64,000 bases of DNA from Lingula anatina. Its lineage: Eukaryota; Animalia; Brachiopoda. Below are positions 12,501 through 24,500 of the stretch, piece after piece (position 1 is the stretch's first letter; each line of letters opens with the position of its first letter). Below the pieces are notes generated by a model that ran no database searches, was not told the origin of the DNA, and was given only the letters and a program-made list of their open reading frames with translations. The position numbers were made by a program, and so were the translations under genes. The DNA is taken from assembly GCA_051362555.1 (NCBI GenBank), contig CM120640.1:7130001-7194000 (forward strand), read 5' to 3'.

Positions 12501-15500
12501 ATAGGATCCTATAGGAAATCTTATAGGATCCTATAGGAAATCTTATAGGAACCTATAGAAATTTATATTAACTGTTTTGAATATTTTTACAGCTTTTTAT
12601 ATATTGTTGGAACTTAGGCAAAATTGGTTATAGGCACTGGTCCCTCAAAACAAAAGAGAGTATCATGTTTACATTCTTTATTCAATATATAAAAATGTAT
12701 AAATGTACATATTCCACAGTATGCTATGCAACCAGCTTACTAGAGAATTGTTTCATAGATTTTTGCAAATTTAACGATGCTGCTACTGCTTTTGAATTAT
12801 AAGTTCTATAAGTTATCACAAGGATCAAATATGTCTTGTCAAGCTGTGGCATCACTGTCTTTTTCTTGTGTGCGTTCGAACTCCTGCCAGAATGAGTGGC
12901 TAAAACCTCCCTTGGCCAGATTGTGTACATTGTCAGCATACTGCTTTAGTCACTTAATAATTGAAGAATTTTAGACAAAAGTCTTTTGCACATTGGTCAA
13001 CTTTACTGTGATAGTCTTCTTAAACTCCGTCTAAGTTGTGTTGAACAATTTGCAGACACAATCTAAAAGAAAAACATTGTGAATTTCAATTAATTGTACA
13101 TGTCTACAAAAATGCAAAATGATGAAGGAAAAATTTTCTAATGAGATCAATAATAATTATTGCACCAATTTTATTTTGAGCATTTCATAGCCTTTATTAG
13201 TTAACTGTTTTTTTTCAAAGACAAGGTATTAAAGCTGGATAATTTGTAAAAAAAAATTTTTAAGAACTTGAACATATTTCATAGAACCAAGCCCACAGGA
13301 ACAATCAGAAACGAATTTTAAAATGCAGTAATCAGCAGTGGAGAAAACTCTACTCTGGTTAAATATGCAATTGGGCCATTACAGAGCTGTCAGGGCCAAG
13401 GGCCAGGGCCAAGTCTCAAAAACTCATGGAAAACTAATTTCCGAGGGTAAACAGTAATTCCCTATATTCTGACCAGTCTTTGCTTGACTTAAATCATCAG
13501 TCCAAACCACAAAAAAAGCAACTCCAAGTTAAAATTTATAGCTTCCGTGTAAGCAAAATGGTCAGATTTTCACAATGCACATTTCATTTCCAATATGTAT
13601 AGGTAAGCAAAAAATATTTTTAAACAAACTATGGTGTTTACCTCACATTTACGGTTGAAAAGAAATTAAATGAAAAGAAAACTTGGCAAATAAACGATCC
13701 TGAAGAACATGTGAGGTAATGAAATTTGCCCTGACAGCCTCTCTAACATGTTAATTGTATGTTATTTATTAGCATAGGTCTTTCTCAGTTATATATCATG
13801 ATGGTTCCTTTGAGGCAGTTGTGGATAACATTAATAGATAATTTTTAATAAATCACAAACCAAAAGTTATATGAAATGTAATTTTTTTTTTTTTTTTTTT
13901 GATTCAACTGCATTTATAGAAATATTTTGATGAGCAATTGATCACAGTTTTATAAGAAATAAAGAGAATAAACAGTATTTCTTTGTTGGCTAAAAGGGAA
14001 GCTATACTTTATAAATTATAACTTGTTTAATGTAATATAGATATGATGTTTACAAGGTACACTACAAATTAGATCAATCATCTCATTTTCAATTTGATTA
14101 AATGCCCAAATGATCCAATGCATTACTGTAATACATACCTTCCTCAATTTGATTTTTCTACACTCTGTACCCTTCCACTATGCTCCTGAATTTAAACTGG
14201 CTTGATAGCTGTACACTCATTTGCTGCTTGTCTCATATAAACAAAGACTTAGACAGGATACCACACATCTGATAACACCTAATAGGCGGTTACTGTTACT
14301 AGTGTAACAATAGCTACAGGAGTAGTGACCTAATAATAGGTGCCAAGCTAACAAAAGAAATTCACAGTTGTTGAATCTATGGTTATGGTTGGTGGAGTAG
14401 GGCATTCTCTAGCTAACATCAGTTGCAGGCCCGTAGCCAGCAATTTCAAAAGGGGGGTTCTTTTTCTGAAAAAGTGGACCTTTTCCCATAAAAATGTCAT
14501 GTACCTAGATCAAATTTTACCCAGAGTGGACCTTTTTCCAGCAAAAGGGGCAGTTCTTTCGAACCCCCCGAACCCCCCCTGGCTACAGGCCTGAGTTGAC
14601 TGTTAAATCTTACAAGTGATTGAGCATAAAACTTATCTTTATAAACATTAATTTGTCCTTGTTTCCTATCCTTTATGAGGGACAGCTAGTACTATACCCT
14701 AAATGTTCACTTACTTTTACATTATATTTTATATATTAGGCAGGATTGCACTTTCACAACAGCCAAGCTAGTCAAGTACAGTCTAATTAGATAAGGTTGA
14801 CTTTCAATAAATATGAAATATGAAGTGAATATGATCACACAAAAAGTAAAAATACATTATATACTGATATTTAGACCAGTTTCATTATTTTTCATTCAAC
14901 CTGGCCTAATAAAAATTCACAATTAATATGGATTAACATAGGATTTCCTATAGGTTCCTATAGAAATTCCTATAAGATTTCCTATAGCATCCTTTAGGAA
15001 TTTTTTGATGGTCTGAACATAAATTAAAAATCAAAATCATATACTGATATTTAAACCAGATTCATTATTTTTCATTCAACCTGGCCTTACAAAAATTACC
15101 TATATGAATTGGCATAGGATTTCCTATAGGAATTCCTATAAGATTTCCTATAGGATCCAATAGGAATTTTTGTAATGGTCTGAACATAAATTAAAAATCA
15201 AAATCATATACTAATATTTAAACCAGATTCATTATTTTTCATTCAACCTGGCTTATAAAAATTCCCTAAATGAATTATATTAGCATAGGATTTCCTATAG
15301 GTTCCTATAGAAATTCCTATAAGATTTTTGTAATGGTCTGAACATGAATTAAAAAAAAATCAGCTTCAATGATTTGGTACAAAAACATTCCTAATGATAA
15401 AATATTTCTCTATAAAAGATTACTTTAAAATGATCAATTTTTTTCAAAAATTCTTTAAAAAAGAAATTAAAGAATTTCTATAGAATCCTATAGAAGACTA

Positions 15501-18500
15501 TAAGATTGTGCATTATAAACAATAAAAAGCATTTTTGCTTTAATAGTGATATATAATTGACAATTCAATTGATAAAATGGACCTATATCAAATATCTATT
15601 GTTTAGAATGATATATGTTTATAAGATATGCATTTTTCTCAAGGTTTTAACTTACAACAATTTCCTATAGGATCCTATAGGAAATCCTATAGGAAATGTG
15701 CCCTATAGGATCCTATAAGATTTCCTATAGGACCCTATAGGATCCTATAGGAATCCTATAGGATCCTATAGGAAATTTTCGTAAGGGTCATTTTTGGATC
15801 TTTGCTTGTGAGCACCAGTTATATTGGTACAGTAGCATTATCAACCAATGAAATATTTCAGAATTTGTCAGAAAATTACATGTGATCTTTGCTATCATTT
15901 ATGGAACTAAATCAACATGCATGTATGAGCATGGATTTGTTTTATCAACACCTGGTACATATATTCTGAAAGGTACATGAATCAGTCACCTTTTTTAATT
16001 TTTTTAATTCTCTACATTTGTATGCTAATTTTTATGTACAACAGCCGTTTATTGCATGCAGTCTTACGTAACATTTTATGGAGGCAATTTTCAAGCCCGA
16101 ATTTGCTTTATTTATAATTTGAACTTATGTAAAAGAAATTGAAACGCAACACCAATAGACATCAACAAAACTATGCAAAAGGAAATGACCATATATGTAG
16201 TACAAAAGTAATGTTTTAAACTGACATGGTGATTTTTAAGGCCCACCAAACTGTCCTTCATCTTTTTCTGAACCCCATGGCTATATCAGGGGGGTTTCAA
16301 TGGGGAACATCCGAGATAGCCTATTTTGAACATCTGCGCAGCAGATGACGTCAAACGAGACCTGGATTGGAGCGAGATTTCACGAGAGGTGGGGTTAAAA
16401 TCTGCCATTAAAACTTCTCTCGCGGTGGGGCACAAGTCTATGTTATAGGATTGCATTGAGTAAAATTTGGCGTTGTCATGTAATTTGAGATAGAGCAACG
16501 CAATGGCGAATTGCTAATGTTGTGTCGTAGGGTGCATTGCAGTTAAAGCTAAGCGAAAAAAACAGGAAAATGACCATGGATGACGGACACGACTGGCGAG
16601 AGAAGTGAAGTAAAGAAAGAGAAGTTGGGCTTGATCAGATTAAAAGGACTAAGTGCCGACGTATTTTAAGTACAGATCAGGTCGCAGTATTTTGTAGGAA
16701 GAAAGGGACCAACTACAGACAACTAGCACCTGACACGTCACTGGCTTCATGGCATCACCGTATAGACCGTATCATCAACGGTTGAGGGACATATTAATAA
16801 GTACGTTTTGTGTGTGTAGTTAACAGGACACCATGGTTTATTAACGTAATACAGCCCTAGTACTTGTGATTAATAGTCTTTTACGGTAACCAGGCCCGTA
16901 GCCAGCAATTTTAGAGGGGGGGGGGGTCGTTTTCTGAAAAAGTGGACCTTTTACCATAAAATCCTCAAGTACATAGATCAAATTGTACCCAGAGTGGATC
17001 TTTTCCCAGCAAAAAGGGTGGTTCTTTCGAACCCCCAAACTCCCCCCCCCGGCTACGGGCCTGGTAACTATATCAGACAAATTTGCTTATACCATTCCTG
17101 TCTCCATATAACATGTACCTGATTATGAAATACTGGTGAACCTTCCACACCTATTAAGTATACACAATGTTCAGTTGCGTTTGTAACATTCCATGCCGGG
17201 TGGTCAGTTATGATAATTGCAAGTAAGATAGAAAATAGAGTTGGTATTTTACAACAACGTTTATCACATAATGATATATATTTCAGAAAACTAAGTGAGT
17301 TAATTATTTTTTATTTTAGAACATGACAGACACAGCACATGTTATTGAACCAGGCAAGAACTGTGAGAATCATGTGGTCAGGATAATCAGATGTTGAAGA
17401 TTGCTCAGTGTATATTAATCTCTTATGTCCTTAATTATTATGTTGTTGACTAAAATTATATCAGGAATCAACAGATGGCATTTTTGCCTGGGTGTCACTT
17501 ACAGTATCAGGCATTTTCTTTATTACTTTAAAATGAAATATTTGGTTTTATGAATATATATATATATATATGCCTATGTATTGTACTGCACTAGTAATTT
17601 AATGAAGAAAATAATTTTTCTTGCTAGTATCATTTTTATGTTACTGTAGTGACTTTTTTAATAACTATATGACACCTGTTTTTCATATCATTTACTCGGA
17701 TCACAAATACAAGTTCGCCTTTGATGTTGTGTTTATTTGTTGTATTTGTGTATAACTGTCAATAAAATGCAATGATTCTGTGAACATTTCAACTTATATG
17801 TTGTCCATTTTAATACTTTCTTTTGCCATATTTCCTGTCATTTAAGTCAGATGTGATCACAATAAAACTTACATTTTGTGAATGCTATCCACTAGTTTCT
17901 ATAGCATCATTTTCATAAGTAAATAAATGAAGAAAATTAACTTTATGATCAAATTTGAGCTTTTTGAACTAGTTACTATAAATTTAGTGAAATTAAAACA
18001 AAGATGCAGGCAAGTCTAATGTTCTGATATGCAATCCATCAGTAAATGATATGTCAAATGTTTTTATTTTACTTCTTTAAAAATAAAGTTTAATAGTAAA
18101 ACATTTATAAAGAAAAATAAGTTGCAGTTATGAAGCTTTTGTTGTTCAAAATTTAAATTTAGTAATTATGATAACCTAAAAATGAAGCAATTAAGCCCTT
18201 GACAGCACTGGATTATTTTATTTACAAATGTCCAATGCTTGTAGAATGTACATGGACCTACTTTCAACATTGATCTCATTGAAAGCAAAACAGTCATGCC
18301 ACTCCCATAAAGTGACAAAAAGGTTGCAAATGAATCTCACGTCAGTTGTACGTACATATTATATCAATACTTTTTCTTTATAAAGTGAAAAAAGAACAAG
18401 CCTGTAGCTCAAAAAATTTGGAAGTTCAGCTATTTTTCAAGTAAAGAAATCGCTGCTCTACTTCCTTGTGGTCTCCATATTTTAACCCCACCTCAAGGCA

Positions 18501-21500
18501 GATCTCGTAAAATCACGGGGAAATGTGGTCTTCTTGTTGAGAACCCGGACAACCTCTATTAGAGTCTGCGTGTGTTTCAGTATTGCTGTATCACTCAGTT
18601 TGTATGATACAGCTGCCTGTGTACCCTTGGATTACATGTACCCCCATATCTCTGCATTTGTTTATTGATGTTGAATGTTTGTTTAAAATTATGATTTTGA
18701 GTAATAAAATTCTTTCTTTTTTGTTCTGTATCAGTATGTGTAGCATGTTGACATCATGTTGTTTGAGATTTTGCTTTTTATGGCCAGCCAAATGGCCTTC
18801 CAAACAGACAGATTTTATGAAAAATGACAGATGTTTCTTTTTTTATGTTTCAATTTTCATTATCCTTAAAGCATGGGTGTTCACCAGATGGTGTTGGTAG
18901 TGATAAAATAAAACCATTAAGCCATAGTCTTCAGAGTGAGGACATGAAAATGGTGATGCTGCTGCTCAGGGAAGGAGCAAACCCCACCCCCCTCTCTCTC
19001 TCCAGCAATGACACACCCCTGCATGTAGCTCTCTCCATTGGAATGAAAGCTAAAGGTACAAGTTTATTTGTTTGTTCTAGTTGTCAGCAATTGTGCTTTA
19101 CAGCCTTGTTGTTTGGTTTAGGTGTTTATATTTCTTCTTTGGGTTAACATATTGTTTACTGACATGCAAGACAATGCTACCATATTACAGCTGCCTCAAA
19201 ATAATTATTTATAGAATGTCTAGGGTTGTAACTAAAACCAATTTAAAACCCAGTTGAAATTGCATGGTTAAGCTTTTAATAGTTCTATTTTACAATGTTC
19301 ACAAGCATGCCAGATTAGTTAAACGACATGCTTTGTTTCATTTCCCCAGCATGTTGACAACCTGTATATAAACATAAACTGGACCTTCGCTGTGGGTAAA
19401 GTACACATGGCAAAAAAAAAAGTACACATTATCATTTTAGGTGATTTCTCCTTGCTGGAACAGTTGTTTAAACTTTACTCAACATGTCCAGAGAAGTATC
19501 CAATGCTAGAGCCTTCCTCTGTAGATGGCACTGGAAACACCTTGTTCCATGTGATAGCAAAGGGCACCTGCTCTCCCCATGCTGTGAATGCTGCCAGGAT
19601 TCTGCTTCAAAACAAGGTCAACCCACTGGTGAGAAACAGGGATGGTTCAACAGCAATGCAGATGTTGAAGAAGGGAAATGACCGAAGGATGCAGTATATG
19701 AAACAGGCAAAACAATTCTATCCAGATTTTTCTCCTCCCACACCAAGGAAAAAGAAAGGCAAGCAGAAGGAAAATGAGAAATCAGCTGTTCTCCCTGCTG
19801 ATGATGAAGTTACTGCTAATGAAGCACTGGATACAGCTCAAAAAGATATAACATGCGGACAGGATACAGCTCAGACAGACATAACACCTCATTTGTTGAA
19901 GAAAGAGGGCACAACTAGCATTGTTCCAAAGATGAATAAAGAAGACACAAGGAAGAGAATATCTTCTCTCATTTTAGACTTGCCACAAATGGAACTCAAA
20001 AGATGGAAAGATGATTCTGCAAGTATGCTTTTGTCCAGTGCAGCCTCTGTTAAAGATGGACAAGCAAAAGTTGAACATGGTGTTTACAATGAAAACTCTG
20101 GTGTAGGAAAAACAGCAGTAATTGAAGAAGATGAAATCCAAAATGACCTTGAGACTGATCTACAGGAAAATAAATTGGAAGAAGAACCTCAAGATGTTGA
20201 CCCAAGCCTATTTGATGACTTGGTATGGGAGGTAGAATGCACAGCCAATCTGTGGAAACTACTGCGGGAGAAAAAGTTGGAAATCAAAATGAAAAGAAGA
20301 ATCATAGAGAAAATCCAATTCCTTGGCAATGGCCACTGGAGACAAGATCTCTGCAAGAGACTGGAGGGGGCTGCCAAAAATGCTGGAATGAAGTTGTATG
20401 AGGCCAAGCTGACCAAAGGGGCTCGTATTCTCTGGGAACTGGCCATTGCTTTCTCTCCACGTTGCAGTGAGAGCGCTGAGCAGAGACTTGGCATGGAATC
20501 TATCAAAGAAGGGGTGGTTGGAGGGAGAATCTACTCTGAAGTCATCCGAGTGTGGGATGTTGTCTTTGATCACGATAATGTCTCCAGGAAAATTGACAGC
20601 ATTGTAACATCTTTCAACAGAGGACAGGAATGTATTATTCAGAAGAAACTCAAAGGCATGGAACGCAAGGACTTCCCTTCAAACAAGTTCACTGAGCAGA
20701 GAATACCTATGTATTTCCACGAGGTGGACACAGAGGAGAAGGAGCCACCTAACCCTCTGCCACATATGCCTAAACCAGAATCTTCGACCAAATTCTTTCC
20801 ACCAGCAAGTGCCAATGAGACAGAGTACCACATCATGAAATTCTATTCATTCACATCGGCTCTGGTCAACAATGTTCTTCTCAACCAAGACACCAAAGTA
20901 GACTTTCCTTTCAGGGTAACAGAATTAGAGCATGCCATTATCAACTTGAACCCAAAACCACCACAATCAATCCTTCTACTAGGCAGGAGTGGGACAGGTT
21001 AGTCTTTTTGTTATTTTACTCATTCATTCAATTGTATTATGTATAACAAAAATATATGAATGCCTCTGGTTTTATGCATTTCATTTTTGAACAGTATTTA
21101 ATTTCTAGGCTTTCTAATCTAGATGGTCATGTGACCTTTCTGTCAACACCCTATGTATTTTCACAAGAAGATATTCAGTTTTAAAGATAGATTGTATCAC
21201 TTTCCTTTGGTTTAGGGAAAACCACCTGCTGCTTGTATCGCCTATGGACCTTCTTCTCACGTTACTGGGAGCAAGCCGCCAGGGCTGGAGAGCCCTTGAT
21301 TCCCCGTAGTGTCACCTTTGTGCACCAGGACGTAAAGGCAGATAAGGCTAATAACAAAGGTATTTATGTGTCATATTATACCCTCCAAAAATATCAACGT
21401 AATGTTATCATACAAATACAGTAGTTTTGCTATTTAATGGGAGGATATTGTTTCTCTTGATATATATATATATTCAATAAAATCAGGTCATGTGCATGAT

Positions 21501-24500
21501 GAATTATTTTAAGTAATTTTTTTTACATGCATTTTTGTTTTGATTTTTAAAATGTTTTTTATAGATACATCAGAAATGTCTGATTTTGGTGATGATGGCG
21601 ATGATGATGATGATGATGATGATGATGGTGTATCAGCTGATGAATCAGAAAAGTTGGATGTAGCCAGCAAAGGTGCCACATGTAACACAGAAGACTGCCA
21701 ACAAGAACCTGGCAACACTCAGGAAGCCCCGATCATGGAACATCTGCATCAAGTGTTTGTTACTAAAAATGCTGTGCTTTGCAGTGAAGTGAAGAGAAAT
21801 TTCAGGGAGTTGAGTCATGCATGGGAACCTGCCAATGCTCATGTTGAAGTGGAAGACCTTCCTTTGCCAAATTGTCTACAGGAAGCCCACCCTGCTCAGT
21901 TCCCACTGTTTATCACAGCCAAACAGTGGCTGATGCTTCTTGATGGATCCTTGCCGAATTCATTTTTTCCACGCAACCAAGATGGCAGCCTGAAGCGGCA
22001 TATTCAGGGCTGGGGAGAAAAAGAAGCAAGTGTGACCTATATCCCAGATCTGGATGATTCTGATGGTGAGTTGGAGGATGATGAAGATGACACAGTTTTA
22101 CCAGGTGACCCTGAAAATGAGGATGTCACCAACCAACCGCAGCCAAAGGAAACTGATCCAAGGCGAGAGGTAACATATGAAGTATTTGCCTGTGAGCTTT
22201 GGACCAAAGTGAACAAGGAGAAGATTGACTACCACCCTACATTAGTCTGGATGGAAATTATGTCTTTCATTAAGGGTTCTGTAGAGGCCCTGCACACTGA
22301 GAAGGGTGAGCTTTCCAGAGAGGGATACCTAGAGCTTGGACAGAAGAGGGCACCCAACTTCTCCGGAGATCGGAACAAGGTGTATGACATGTTTGAGAGA
22401 TACCGTCAGATCAAGTTGACCAAGGGGCTGTTTGATGAATGTGATGTGATCAGCCATATTTACCGCAGATTGAAAGATATTAAAGTCTTGCAGTGGAGCC
22501 TTCATCAAATCTATGTGGATGAAACCCAAGACTTTACCCAGGGTGAACTTTCCCTCTTCATACGGTGTTGTCAAGACCCCAATTCTTTATTTCTCACAGG
22601 AGACACAGCCCAGAGCATCATGAGAGGAGTTGCCTTCCGTTTTGATGATCTCAAGACTTTATTCCACTATGCAAGCAAGTCTTTCAAAGCTGTGGGCAAG
22701 ACATCAGCAGTGGCTGTCCCCAAGAAGGTGTACCAGCTCACCCACAACTACCGTTCTCATGCAGGTATCCTGGACCTGGCATCCAGTGTGATTGATCTCT
22801 TGGTGAAGTTCTTTCCAGAGTCTTTTGACAGACTGGAGAGAGATCAGGGCTTATTCCTTGGACCCAAACCAGTTCTTTTGCAGTCCTGTAGTTTCAGTGA
22901 CCTTGCATTACTGCTGAGAGGAAACAAAAGGAAGACGTCTGAGATTGAGTTTGGCGCCCACCAGGTTATCTTAGTTGCCAATGAGGAGGCAAAGAGCAAC
23001 TTGCCAGAGGAACTTAGTTTGGCCCTGGTGCTGACCATCTATGAATCCAAAGGCCTGGAGTTTGATGATGTCCTGCTATACAACTTCTTCAAGGATTCCC
23101 CAGTAAGTTTGTTTTGCTGTGGATTTTTTTGTGGGGGATGGGGTTTATATTAATTGAAACATGATACTGCTGCCATAGTAATTCATCAGTTTAACAAATG
23201 CTGAATAGTCGTTTACTTTTAATTTTCTTTTAGATTTTTTGATATTCAGGAAATAAATGTCAGCATTTACAATTAAGTGTCAATGCTCTTGCAGGCTTAC
23301 AAAGAGTGGAGAGTTGTGACAGGTCACCTGGACAAGCTGCTGGAGCAGTACAAGTACAACCAAGAGAAAGGACAAGATAATCTTGTGGAACTGGATATTG
23401 GTAAGTGATGGTTCATGCCTTTGAGGTACCATTAAAAACATACTTACTTAAAGTGAATTTTTGAAAAAAATTATTTGGGGTGTCATGATGGAAACTGTCA
23501 TTGAAAAATTGAGAACACACAATGATAAACTTATTTAAACTGTGGCTGAAGAATGATATTTCTGATAATAATCTTTAAAAAACCTCCCATCTTAAAAGCT
23601 TGCAGTGCAATCAAATCAAGAAAAAAAACACAACTTTTCTTTATATTGATATTCTATTTATCTTTTAAATAATTTTTCCAGATGAAGAGTATGACAATGT
23701 CCGTCCTAGACCATTAGACTTTAGCCCAGAGAAACACAAAGTATTGAACTCTGAGCTCAAGTATTTGTACACAGCTTTGACCCGGGCCAGGGTCAATGTC
23801 TGGATATTTGATCAGGACGAGGAAAAGAGGGCACCTATGTTTGAATATTTTGTTCGAAGAAGGTTGATGGATGTTGTGGAGACAAGATCTGACAGCAGCG
23901 ATGACGGTAAGAAATGGAGTGACTGTGAGCTGATGCTTTGATGATGCCTTGTATTTATGAAAACTCCCAAGTATCACATTTGGTATTATTCCTCCTTCAT
24001 AAGAACTACATTTTTTGTACCCACTCACAATGTCCACTTCAAATGCATGCACATACTTGGAGCATGCATACTCGCATGCCCACACACACACATATAACAC
24101 ACACACACACACACAGGGAAATAATGGTGTGGGGACAGGGAGCAGGATAGTATTTTTAAATGAGCCATCCTTTGTGTTTGCCAGAAAGGGTAACCACATT
24201 ATGTTCAGTTATATTTTTCTAGTCTGGAAACCAATTTTATTGTCTGTTTAGTCATATAATTGCATGATCATGGCGAAACTCTTTATCTAAATATTTTAAT
24301 TAATTAAAATTTGTCTTGGATTTGAGTATTAGTTAATTTTTAGAAAAAAATCAAATAGATTAAGTGTGACATGACTTTATTTCTAATTACTTACCAATAT
24401 TGTTCATGTAAACCTTTATTTCTAACAGGTCTGTCATCTGCAATGTTTGCATGTACTTCTACAGCAGAGGAGTGGGTGAAGAGAGGTGATTATTTCTATA

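Larger units (their letters stand above)
12172..15787. mobile_element. Non-autonomous CMC/EnSpm-like DNA transposon (3.6 kb) with CCTATAGG palindromic subterminal arrays
   Basis: Perfect TIR cccttacgaaaatttcctatagga / tcctataggaaattttcgtaaggg, with a 2-bp TC duplication (12170-12171, 15788-15789). Dozens of cctatagg units at 12180-12560, 14940-15330 and 15660-15780. Absent from the paralogue (~43370). Confidence 0.85.

Noticed and set aside
12180-12560. Palindromic repeat array resembling a CRISPR or operator array
   Set aside because: No unique spacers, eukaryotic context, and it lies within TIRs of a DNA transposon.
20189-23038. Antisense ORFs recurring in both paralogues
   Set aside because: Shadows of the conserved plus-strand exons with no independent motifs.
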